A stretch of DNA of 64,000 bases from NCBI GenBank assembly GCA_013239625.1, contig MU054212.1:2170001-2234000 (forward strand), in the 5' to 3' direction. This document shows, piece after piece, positions 37,791 through 48,957 of this stretch. Position 1 is the first letter of the stretch, and each line of letters starts with the position of its first letter. The notes under the pieces were generated by a model. The model worked only from the letters and a program-made list of their open reading frames with translations. It ran no database searches and was not told where the DNA came from. Made by a program: the position numbers and the translations under genes. The DNA comes from Lama guanicoe (lineage: Eukaryota).

Positions 37791-38419
37791 AGTGTGTTTT
37801 TACCAAGTCAAAAAAACGTCTTACTGCCCATCTTTGGTGTTTCCCTTCCTGGACCTTTCTGCCTTAGAAATCTGATGATTATATGGTGTAGTAGTCCCCT
37901 GCCATTAACATTCTTCCTTCCAATTTCTAGCCAAGGTGATGTCACTATGAGACTATGTCTGGTGTAAATGGGATATAATCCCAAGGCAAATCAGAAATGA
38001 AATGAGATCTCTTTAAAAAGAACAAATTAGCCTCAACATAATAAAATAGTTACAACTTTGTGGGAGATATGTATTTACATCACTGAACTGTCCCAGATGG
38101 TAAGCATAAGGCAAGACTGTATCTTAAAATGGATGTATGGTGGATATGGTTACAAATGTACCGTCCATGCATCGTGCATATGTGTAGAATAAACTTTGAA
38201 GCATTTTTTTGCCTCCTGGACAACGAATGCTTATGACAATGTGCCACACAAATACACCCACAATTTCCAATGTACTAAAGGGAACAGAGTAGCTAAAACC
38301 AGTGAGATGTCAAAAGAAAATACAGTCATCGGAAAAGAGAAAACAATGACTAAGTGGACAAAAGAAAGTAAAGGACGTTAGACTCAGTGTCATGTGTAAC
38401 ACAACACAGATAATGAAAC

Positions 38420-39210
38420 GCTTGTAAAAATGTAATAAATGTAACTTCCAGAAGGGAGGCGAGTGGCCGGCTCCTCCATCGCGCTGGAAGAATGGCAGAG
38501 CCGGGTCCCTCCGGGAGGAGTGAGGGCGCACCGCGGTGTGGGAAATGAAATCCAAGAGGCAGGGGTACTGATTTGCTTAGTCCAGTCACTCCACTGTGCA
38601 CTTCGGGTCATACGCAGTGAAGGGCGGAAGGGAAGGCAGGAAGTATTCTAATGAGAATTCAATTAATTCAAGGAATCTCAGAAACCAGGTGGAAACGCTG
38701 CCGGATATTAAATGATCCCTGAGAGGAGACTTGGTGTTTTCGTAGCGCGTCAGATCAATTTGCGAGGAGCTGGCAAATTGGCAGCTGCCCTGCTGTCGCC
38801 CTGGCTTCCCCATCCCAGGTCCAAATAATTACCATCTTTCGACACCAAGCAAGTGTGATCTGAAACCCCTCCCCAGCCTAGGGAGGTGAGGACCCAGTTC
38901 TGCTGTAGCCTGGCTTCCCGCGTGGATCTTCAGCTTGAGACTGTCACCCCCAGAAGCCAGAGGAGGTCCTGGCTACCCTGAAAACAGATCCAACCGGTGG
39001 CGGGGCTCAGCATGGGGACGTGGCTTCCTGTGGGTGTTGGACTGGCGCATGACAGTCTGATGCCGGGGCTCAGAGCAGCAGGAGCTTAATACCAAAGAGG
39101 GCAGAGGCTGAAAACACAGCTGAAGAACAATGTCTTGCCGGAGAGAAGTGTTGAGTGGGGCCCCCGCAGGGGCCACTCCGAGGGCCTTTAAAGACTTTAT
39201 GTCCGCATGA
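38420..39210. promoter_or_regulatory. Weak CpG-enriched unique segment (orphan CpG-island-like; candidate promoter or enhancer)
   Basis: About 30 CpGs in ~800 bp by eye (e.g. atcgcgct, ggcgcaccgcggt, ttcgtagcgcgtc), far above the rest of the window, and not part of a recognisable repeat. Confidence 0.45.
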
Positions 39211-39363
39211 TTAGCCAAGATGAAGGGGCCAGCTGCAAACTTTAATTTCCTGATGACACAAAGGAACCATGAACAATATATAGATAGGATTTGAATCTGT
39301 AATAAGTAGTGGCCTAATCCACAGCAAAGGATAGTCAGTGCAGACAAAAAAAAAAAAAAAAAG

Positions 39364-39581
39364 NNNNNNNNNNNNNNNNNNNNNNNNNNNNNNNNNNNNN
39401 NNNNNNNNNNNNNNNNNNNNNNNNNNNNNNNNNNNNNNNNNNNNNNNNNNNNNNNNNNNNNNNNNNNNNNNNNNNNNNNNNNNNNNNNNNNNNNNNNNNN
39501 NNNNNNNNNNNNNNNNNNNNNNNNNNNNNNNNNNNNNNNNNNNNNNNNNNNNNNNNNNNNNNNNNNNNNNNNNNNNNNNNN
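39364..39581. other. Assembly gap (218 N)
   Basis: Run of N flanked by poly(A) on both sides. Confidence 1.
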
Positions 39582-40045
39582 AAAAAAAAAAAAAAAAAGC
39601 TGCTGAAGTTTCTCAGGTTTCCCCATTCAGACCTACTCTTTACTGAGAGTTTTACTTCCAGCAATTTATCTTGGAGGAACCACTGGGGCTGGCTGTGGGA
39701 AAGAAGCAGTGTACTAACGCGCTAGGACCCTGGATTCCTGACAAACGCTGCTCTCCTAGCAGAAGAGAAACTGGAGTCTGTGCAATAACGGTGTGGGTAC
39801 CTGGTTGGGAGAACATTCCAGGTAAAGGAATGACCCTGCTAGTCCTTTGAGGATATATTGCCAGACGCCAACCTTCTTTTATTGAATTCTTAATCTTGAG
39901 CCAGGGAGGGGAATTTTTAAAAAATAATCAATGCTTTCTCCATTCTTAGATTAAAAACGTTTGTTTTGTTTTTTAGTGCTATCGGAATCAAATTAGCTGC
40001 TGGAAAAGGAAAGCTCAACTTTCATTTTTGTTTTCATTCTTTCAG

Positions 40046-40069
40046 CTCTAATCATCTTCAAGTGTTACG
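40046..40069 (+). other. Candidate 24-nt microexon
   Basis: Acceptor ttcatttttgttttcattctttcag|, exon ctctaatcatcttcaagtgttacg, consensus donor |gtgagt; length divisible by 3. Confidence 0.3.
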
Positions 40070-40379
40070 GTGAGTAATAATAAAACAAAAAATAGGTTTA
40101 GGTCAACAGGAAGTGCCACGTGATGGAGACTGGCTTTAATAGGCCAGGGAAAGCCACGGGACAAAAGAGGCCAGATGTTTTGACTGGGCACCGTGGAGCA
40201 AACAGAGTCTGGGAAAGGGAAAGAAGCATTTCAACAATTCTCAGAACAGGGGGCTTTTTGTCTCCAGCACTTGGAAAGATCCCAGATCCAGTGCTTCCCT
40301 CTAAGAGGCGAAAGATGAGAAATCTGCATATGCATCAATATTGTGAATGCAACATGTTACTCTTATTAATGATGAAAAC

Positions 40380-40580
40380 CTCCCCAGAGGGAGCATTTAC
40401 CCTGTGCCAGGAACTTTACCTACTCTGTCTTAGGTAGTCATGCTGCAAAGCTGGCTTATTATCCCCATTTTACAGGTGAGTCCATTTATGTTGAGAACTT
40501 ACTTTACCTGTCCAAAGACATTCTCAGTGTTAAATGTTGTAGCTAAGTTGGAGCACAGGCTGTCCAACTGCAGACCGGTG
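40380..40580 (-). mobile_element. MIR SINE relic
   Basis: gagcatttaccctgtgccagg...ttattatccccattttacaggtgag...tgtccaaagac. Confidence 0.7.
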
Positions 40581-42159
40581 CGCCAGCCCCCGTGCAATGA
40601 CAGAAACCATGAGGAAGACACTTATAGAACTGCAGGACGACTGTCCCATTATTACTGTGAGCCATCAGACGGGGCTCCCGTTGCTGAAAGCCATATGGAC
40701 CCCTGGCGCATGTATCCTCCTCCTTCGCCTGGGGTGAGGGATCCACCGTCCCCACCCCAGGTGAAAGAACAATTACAAAAACCTTTCCACAGGGACTTTT
40801 TTTCATAGTATTGACGGAATTCCTCAGTGTGACTTCACAGAAGTGCTTCCAATCCTGAAAGAATGAATCTCAGAGAGAAATCCACAGCTGGTTTTCCTTC
40901 TTTCCTTCTTCAGACACAAAAGGATTGAGGCAACATGTTTGTTGGAGAAGAAAATCCTTCTGTGTGATACGTGTGTCCTTGGGAGTCAGTCTTTGGGAGC
41001 TGTGGACGAGTTCTAGCTCTCGGAAACTCTACCCGTGCGTTCCTCTCTTTGGTACTGAAGGTTCCTCAAGGCTGGAGCTGGCTGGACGGAGGCTCACCAG
41101 CTGCCAGGACCTGGATCTGATGGCCTTCTGGGCACAGCTGTTGGGGAGGCTGGGCACTGCTCCGAGGGGAATGTGTCATCACCCAACTGCCTGGGCAGTG
41201 ACGGGGATGGGTGAGGTTTACAGCTCAGAGGAGCCCATTTTAACATATTCTGCCTTCACGGAATACTCTTGTCTCTTTGTCCAGGAGCTCTGCCCGTCTT
41301 TGACTTCTCCTCTACTTTCTGTCCCCTTTGTCCCAGAATTCTCGGTGTCAAAGCAGGCTGCTCTGTCATCCTACTGGGGAAAATTGCTCTGTGTAGGCGA
41401 CCAGCCCCTGAGTGTTTCTGACCCAGAACAGTCCTCAGAATGAAGCCGAGACATGTCTCTGAGACTCGGGGTGCTGCAGGCTGGCCTGCCAGAGCCCCTA
41501 CCCTCCATCCAGCCTTCCTGCCCAGGACGACTGAGCTAATCAATGTGACTGAAGAACAGTTGAGCTACTAATGGTGCCAAGAAAGTGTAGGGGGTCCAAG
41601 ACAAACGTTGCTTGACTCATATTGCTAAACAGCTTAAGTTTCAGTTTTGAAAGTGACTTCAGTTTTACTTAGATCATCTTCTGTGCCAGGCAGTGAATTC
41701 TGAGAGGGGAAGCATGACAGAGCTACCCCATCTGCAGTGAACATTCCCTCCAGCTTATGGGACCTGTGGTGAAGGGGTGGGCGTTGGGGGGGGGGTATGT
41801 TAGCAGCCTGTCCAAGGCATCGTTGAGGCAGGAGAGAGGGGCTGTGTGTGTGACTACTTTCCTTCACCCCGGTAAGAAAGAGCAAAGTAATCAAGTTAAA
41901 ACTGTATTTCAATTTCCTCCTCAGAAGAATGTGTTACTAAGTGAACTGACGCATTGTTTCTTTTATCTGAAGATCTTTGGGACCTCACTATCTCCTGAAA
42001 TGAGTCTGAAGTGCTTTGTTTCAACAGCAGGAGATGACCTGGCATTACTGAAAAATGGCAAAGGGATTTTATAAGATTTTAGGACAATCATTTGTATCTC
42101 CTTGTGTATGTTTTTCAGTCACTGAGGTAACATTTGTTGTTCATGGTATGGAAAGGCAG

Positions 42160-42480
42160 CCCAGTTAGACACACTGGGTTAGAATCCTCATTCTTTCACT
42201 TGGTGGCTGTTTGGTCCAAGTGTGTTACTTTATCTAAGACTCAGCTTCCTCACTTGCCCAATGAGGGTAATAAAAATAATAGTGTCTACTTCATTGGATT
42301 GTTATGCGTAACCAATGAAATAATAAATATATTAAGCACTTGGCCCAGTGGCTGCTTCATAGTGGGTGCTCAAAACACAAATCCTAGCTCAGATAGCATA
42401 CACCTCAGATCACTGTAGAATTAAATATGCCAATGTGGGTTAGGGACCTGCACATAGTAGGCATTGTAAATATTACTCCT
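42160..42480 (+). mobile_element. MIR SINE fragments
   Basis: agacacactgggttagaatcct...ctcagcttcctca...aatgagggtaataa...cacatagtaggca.tgtaaatatt. Confidence 0.75.
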
Positions 42481-42528
42481 CCTCTCCCTCCAGTGGTGTG
42501 GTGCCTAGGTTTGTTAAAACCTTAGAGC

Positions 42529-42572
42529 TTGACACAACATTGTAAACTGACTATATAACTCAATAAAAAAAA
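42529..42572 (+). mobile_element. Extremely 5'-truncated young L1 tail (~45 bp)
   Basis: ttgacacaacattgtaaactgactatataactcaataaaaaaaa closely resembles the terminus of the L1 at 58680-59017. Confidence 0.85.
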
Positions 42573-42665
42573 TTAGATGTTAAGACTGTGCTTACATTCA
42601 CTTTCTATACTCTGGGTCATTTTGTTGAATTATCTTGTGGATTTTCGTATTCCACCTACCCACTA

Positions 42666-42830
42666 CTTTTTAAAAATTGAAGTACAGTTGATTTACAATG
42701 TTGTGTTAATTTCTGGTGTACAGCACAGTGACTCAGTCATACGTATACATATATATTATTTTTCATTATAGGTTGTTTCAAGATATTGAATACAGTTTCC
42801 TGTGCCATGCCGTAGGACTCAGTTGTTTAT
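42666..42830 (-). mobile_element. Short 5'-truncated young L1 tail
   Basis: ttgaagtacagttgatttacaatgttgtgttaatttctggtgtacag...caagatattgaatacagtt. TSD-like acctacc(c)act on both sides. Confidence 0.9.
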
Positions 42831-43199
42831 ACCTACCACTTTGAAACCAGTGTGTTTCCTGAAGGAACCAAATTCTGATTCACACACAGAAAACAAGCAA
42901 ATTCAACCAGAGGCAATGCCACACCAAACCACAGCGTTGAGGCCCATGTGTGAGGATCGTGCTGGATTCTCCCAGGCACCACATCATCCAGTCGGTCTCA
43001 TACACGTTGGTCGGGTTCAGGGCCATAAGCCAGAAGCCCTCGGCTTGCCCCTCAGGCCTCAGAAATCTCTTCTAGCAAAGAGTGTATCTGCAGGCCTGGC
43101 TGTACGATTTATAACAGTCCTTACATATTCCAAGTCATGGGGAGAGGAAGAAAGCACTAAATGCCGAGGTTTTAAAGACAGTGCCTCACAGAAATGACC

Positions 43200-43870
43200 A
43201 TAAATAGCCGCTCAGGAGGCCACTTACATGAAGTTAGACCCGCTCAGGACTGGGGGCTATTACAGGGCGAGCTTATCATAACTTGATTCAAGTGCAATAA
43301 GCGAGAAGTGGAGAAGATGACCAGTCAGTGTGAGAAAGCCAAGCGGCGATCAGATAACCACATTAGAAAGATTAAAATGTCCGGCCCGCTATAAATGCCT
43401 GCTAAAATCCTAAAAAGGAGTCTGGAGAGACCCATAAAATCATAACTAAGAAAGTAAGGGAGCCCTGAAGCTTTAACCAGATGTTCCTGTGATATGAATG
43501 ACTGTGTTAGTAAATTTTCGTCCTAGCAATACAGCTTTGTATTGATCTTTTGCTTTTATTAGTCAGTGCTGCTATGAGATTAAATATTGTCTGGGAGGAA
43601 ATACAGGCTTCCCTCCCTAGAAGTCTCCTCTCAGTAACCCAGTGTTTGTTATCGCAAAGCGCACCAGGGAGTTTATAATGAATTGCTCAACAGAGCAGAG
43701 GCTTGAGTCTATAAAAAGAGTTATAGAAGGGGTAGCCTTATAGAGAATAACCTCATTTGGGAAGCAAGCATTGTGTGCCGTGCCGAGCAGGAAGCCTATG
43801 GAGAGCTGTCTGAAACAGAAATAGACATGAGTATTTATGACCAGGAGCACCAATCGCAATATACAGTGCT
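43200..43870. promoter_or_regulatory. Candidate developmental enhancer / conserved non-coding element
   Basis: Repeat-free with retained CpGs. Clustered CCATAAAA (43432), TTTTATTAG (43554), TTTATGAC (43834), and AGATAA overlapping AACCACA (43352-43362). Conservation not verified. Confidence 0.4.
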
Positions 43871-44505
43871 AAACACTTAATCTACAGTTAGATTTTACTC
43901 CAGATCCAAGCTGAAGTCAGCAGAATTAAATCTTCAAGTGTATTTCAGCAGCCTTAAATCCTTCTGATACTGTTAGCGGTGGCAGGGTTCCAAAATGCAT
44001 TCTGTTAATAAGACAGCAAAGTATAAAATCGAGTTATCTCCTTCAAGGAGAAAAACACAGAGTAAAGGAAACGAGTCTTGTAAAATTACATTCCCAGCAC
44101 TCAGGCCTTTTCTACCTGAGTTCCTTTCAATTTATTCTTTTACTACCAGATCATTTTTCTTGACAAATAACAGAAAACAAAAAAAGAAATCATCTCCCAC
44201 ATTTTTTTTTAAATGATGAAAGAAATGGTACCACTGAAAAAAGGCTTAGGATTTTTTTTTCTTATCTTTACAGGTCAGAGGAGGTTAAGATTTTGCCCAT
44301 CAGATTGTAACATGCAGTACGAAGTCTCCTTGGGCTAGCAAAAAGAATTCAGCAGCTGCTACCTTTTCTTTCTCACTTAACATAACTTTTGGTTTACCTG
44401 CAGCTAAAAGAAATTCATGCAGCATACACAGGGGTGTTGTTCAAGACCCCAAGGCAACTCTGTTAGTTTTCCCTGGAGCAGCATCAAAAGCTTGTTAAGA
44501 CACGA

Positions 44506-44627
44506 GAAGGAAGGAAGGAAGGAAGGAGAAGGAAGGAAGGAAGGAAGGAAGGAAGGAAGGAAGGAAGGAAGGAAGGAAGGAAGGAAGGAAGGGAGGGAGG
44601 GAGGGAGGGAGGGAGGAGGAGGAAGAG
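44506..44627. repeat. (GGAA)n-(GGGA)n polypurine microsatellite
   Basis: Directly visible; source of the spurious EGRK/PSFL ORFs. Confidence 0.98.
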
Positions 44628-45879
44628 AACCCGACCCACTACTTTGAGCAGACCCTTTGAACAAAGCACTGAGCTGAAGCACTATACTTGCTCAAGTGAA
44701 CAAAGTCAAAATGAAACCTAAAACTTCTGAATATCTGCTCTCACAGCCTAGAGTTTCTGCACACGTGGAGTAAGAGACCACCCACAGCTCTGGGATCCCT
44801 GCAGGGCACCTTGGGTGTTAAGTAATGAATTTTAACCTTAACTCTGAATTTCTTTGCTCTCCTGAGTTTTACTCAAACTCCTTCTTGATTCGTCAATATG
44901 TATAACTGTTGGCAATTTCATGTTCTTGAGGTAATTCTTCTTTTTTTTTTTCCTCTCCAGGAATTTGAAAAAGATAGAAACTCCCTCGTGTTACAGAGCT
45001 AATGTGATACAAGAAATTGAGCTGAGGCAGATACAAAAATACACGAAAGTATAGATTTATACTCCACTGGAAAAACCATGTTATAGTTAGCTGAAAATTT
45101 AATACAGTATATTAATGTTTCCTCTCTAAGGTAACTCGAGATCTCTTCATAGGTAATTTTGGTTTGGTTTCTTTATTTGTAGATGAAAAGTATCTGGAAA
45201 AGGCTGTATGTAATACCTGGATGTCACACCTGCACATACTGGATAGCACACAGCTTCATATCTTAGAACAAAGACACACATGCATGCACAGTTTCATCAC
45301 AGAGAATTACGAAATTGAGAAAAATAAGAATATAAAACATAATTGTAATTGAACCTACAATTAGAACAAAGAAACTTGGAAGCTCTTAAGAACTACTTTC
45401 GTTGAGCTAAACAAGGTATCTAAATTATTTCAGAGACTTTTCTTGGATAACTGCCTAAAATGAAGCCTGAAAAGCTCCCATTCTCCTCCTCTAATTCTGC
45501 TTGTCTCCATGCAGACCCCTCACATTCCTCTTATGACAACAGAGTTAACATTTACAAACCATTATTTGTTCTACTAGTCTTTAGTAGTAAGGTTAGGGAG
45601 ATACCATGGCTTTTTAAAGTTGATTTGAGAAGCATTCTAAGCTAGACAGAATTTAAGAGATGCCCTGTTTACAGGGACCCGACCCCGTGTCGTGGGTGGC
45701 TTCTGCAAATGGGGAATCGTTTGGTTGTTTTTGCTCATCTTGTTGGTTTCAGTTTAAGAGGGAATTATTTTGTGAACTTGTCCTCAGACTCTGGGTATCT
45801 GACCTAGTCAGAACCTTACAGTTCCCAGGGCCTGGCTGATAGAACCACTACACAGTATGAACAACTCCAGTCACGTTCT

Positions 45880-46100
45880 TCAGGCTTCACTTTAAAGGCT
45901 CAACTCCAACAAGTCTTCCCAAATCCTGCTAGTTAAAATTAATCCTTTTTTTCATCTAGCTCCCTGTTTCTACCTTGATTAAAGTTATTTCTGTAAGTGA
46001 CTTCATGCCAAATGGTGAGCTTCCAGTCTAGGCTTTTGTTGCTTTTTAAAAATATCCCCTTCAGTACCTTGAACAGTGCCTTTCACATAAAATGCCCCAC
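45880..46100 (+). mobile_element. L2 LINE 3' fragment
   Basis: cttcactttaaaggctcaactc...aagtcttccc...tgagcttcca...aacagtgcctt.cacata. Confidence 0.5.
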
Positions 46101-47469
46101 AAAAATGTCCCTTGAACTGCATTTCCTTTTTGAAAAACTGGGAATTAAATCCACCCATAGGGAATGGTATGAAGATGAATGAGCAGAGGACAGAAACGTA
46201 CTTACTCTAAAGGTGTCACAGATGGGAAGCCAACACACACCTGGTCCCAGACCCTTGCTAAGATGTGTTTGTAAAACCAAATTAACTTCAAGAGAATTTA
46301 ATGAGTAAAGTGAATGTTCTTCATCCTCCAGGTGGCCCCTGGGGAGGTCAGCACCATGAGAAGAGGTGGGGAAAGCAAGACATGCTGCTGCCGACCCCAG
46401 ACCCCAGCGTGATAAAGACAGGGCTCTTCCTCCGCACTCCTCCTTTCTGCATGTTTCAGAATGACAGCAAGGAAAACAATTTACAGTGGCCTCCAGGTGC
46501 CCCTGGCTGTGGAACTGCTTCTGTCACATCAGAGATGAAAAAGAGACCCCTTTTTACATAAACAACTCTGAGCCACATAAATTTCGTTCTGTTCCCACTT
46601 AGAGCAGTTTGTGTTGCTGGTCTTCGCTCACTGGCACGAAAGCCCTGGCGGCATGGTCACTCCTCCGTTTCTACCCGCCAGATCTGCCGCCAAAACTGTC
46701 CCAGGATTGGGTGAACTGTGATGCATAGGGGCCCAGGAAGGGGCTGGGTTGTTATGCCTCGATGCTATCTTGTGATGCTCCGTTATAACCTGCATCACTC
46801 TGCAGTCATAAAATGTCATCTTAACTTGAGATCGTCCTATGATCACCTTATTGCCAACTGTTGCTGTTTCCTTCTCACTGCCTGCCCAAGGAGAGAGAGG
46901 TTCTCAAACATTAGGAGATGTTCTTCTGATTTAATCAGTCTGTGCTGTACCCAAAGACCTATACATTAATATATAGTCCATCCCAGGTGGTTCTTACACC
47001 ATCTTACAGGCTAAGAGGAAGAAAGATTAAGCTGGGTCATTTTCTACCCTGGCTCTTTTTTTTTTTAGGTGGGGGGTGGGGATTGTTATAGATGGGTTGT
47101 TACAGCTCCCTTATCTTTTACATTTAAGGAAAGAAAACATAAGAATATAAAACATAGCTCAATTTAATAAATATATACGTCTACATCAAAAACACTAGTT
47201 AGTAAAGATTCAAAAATTGAATGAAGCTTGGTTCTCTATGCTTCAGTAGCAAACATGGACAAAAAGAATTACCATCCTGTCTCGGACAAGGGATCATCCA
47301 GTTAGTTCAATTCTCTGCTCAAAAAGGACAAAAAGGAACTTTAGTTTGAAGGTCATGGTTTGCCTTTGATTTCAATCTTCCCATAAATATCTGATGTTTC
47401 CTAACTTAGCTTAGGGGCCAATTGTCCGTGTAGGTACCACTGATAACATGAGGCTAAGGCACACCAGAG

Positions 47470-47800
47470 ATCATCCAGCCCCATCTCCCCATGTCACCGA
47501 TGAGGCAACTGAGGCCCCAAGAGGTTAAGAGACCTGGGAAACTGGGAAAGGTCTCTGGTTACTCTGTAGCAGAGCTCACACTAAAAACCAGGCCTTCCTA
47601 TTCATTGCTTTTCTCACTTTAGCCTGTCACTTGGAGTAAGGCTGTCCATTAATGCGTTCATCCATCCAACCATTCATCCATTCTACAGACGCTTAGTGAG
47701 CGCTTACCATGTGCTGGGTGCTGGGCTACACGCTGAGGATGCAAAGCTGAGTAAGATCTCTTTGTGTCCCCACCATCTCATCATCTGGGGAAGATTGAGA
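47470..47800 (-). mobile_element. MIR fragment followed by L2 3' end
   Basis: gatgaggcaactgaggcccca.gaggttaag (MIR core), then tcatccatcca.ccattcatcca...gagcgcttaccatgtgctggg (L2 end). Confidence 0.65.
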
Positions 47801-48313
47801 TAGGAAAACAGGTTATATAAAGCCAATTTGCTTTGGTTTTTGTCAATAATACAGCTCTTGCAAGTGTTAAGGGAGAGGCTTTTACTGTCTCCTGGCATGA
47901 TTTTCAGATTTAGGTTACATCCTTCCTGGCATTTTGTTTCACTGTCTGATCAATACGGATCTTTTCGTTCAGGCCTCTCATTGAGACCTCTCCACTAGTT
48001 TCTTTTTTGAGAGGAGGCAGCAAGTTGTACGGTGTTTCCTGGATGGATGTACCATGATTTGGTACAGGGTAAAGTACAGCTTTTATTACAACTTCCTTCA
48101 AAACAATGGCCTTTGGACCTGCAACACTTTTTTGGAAACATGACTCTCAGATCCTCCTCTAGTTTCCAACAAACCCAACAGATAAGGTTTGGATTTCTTC
48201 TTTCCTACACACTTCACCTTTCATTGTCATGCACAAGAGCACATATACTCAGTCCACTCACTTAGCCTCTCAGGATGGTTCTAGAGTTGGCATTTTACAC
48301 ACAAAAGATCTTA

Positions 48314-48957
48314 GTTACAACTGTTAAGTCTGAAAATTTCACTGGGGACTCCACCCCCTCCCCTGGGTTATTTGTCTTAAATTATAAGAGATAATGAAGG
48401 GACCGTTCTGATTCCGGACCCTCCTGAAACCCAGCTTTCTCTGGACTAGCCACTCCCCTTAGCAGCTGACTTTATTAATGAGCTCATCCTGTCTTAACTC
48501 CTCAGCCAAGGCAAATCCGAGGTAGCAAATTGTATTTTACGGCTATAAAACCTAAAACATTATCCCACAGGAGTCGCGGTACCCTGAAAGAGCTCACATT
48601 TTTATTATAGCAAAATGTCAGTAGCTCAGAAAAAAAGTTACAACTGTTAAGTCTGAAAATTTCACTGGGGACTCCACCCCCTCCCCTGGGTTATTTGTTT
48701 TAAATTATAAGAGATAATGAAGGGACAGTTCTGATTCCGGACCCTCCTGAAACCCAGCCTTCTCTGGACTAGCCACTCCCCTTAGCAGCTGACTTTATTA
48801 ATGAGCTCATCCTGTCTTAACTCCTCAGCCAAGGCAAATCCGAGGTAGCAAATTGTATTTTACGGCTATAAAACCTAAAACATTATCCCACAGGAGTCGC
48901 GGTACCCTGAAAGAGCTCACATTTTTATTATAGCAAAATGTCAGTAGCTCAGAAAAA
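48314..48957. repeat. Head-to-tail tandem duplication of a 323-bp unique unit (2 copies)
   Basis: Copy 1 at 48314-48636 and copy 2 at 48637-48957. Only three substitutions seen: 48376C/48699T, 48404C/48727A, 48436T/48759C. Confidence 0.97.

Noticed and set aside
38973..39664. Longest ORF in the track (217 aa) and its neighbours
   Set aside because: Their length comes from reading through the 218-N gap and poly(A) runs.
40925..41443. 172-aa plus-strand ORF
   Set aside because: Non-ATG start in a moderately GC-rich region; no recognisable homology or coding-like composition.
44404..44682. EGRK and PSFL repeat ORFs
   Set aside because: Translations of the (GGAA)n/(GGGA)n microsatellite.
44961..45130. 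Exon-like unit with a strong pyrimidine tract as a coding exon
   Set aside because: Stops in all three frames and a mediocre donor (aag|gtaact); kept only as a possible non-coding exon in the chain hypothesis.
48314..48957. Tandem repeat considered as a CRISPR-like or satellite array
   Set aside because: Only two long adjacent copies with no spacers, in mammalian DNA with no cas genes.
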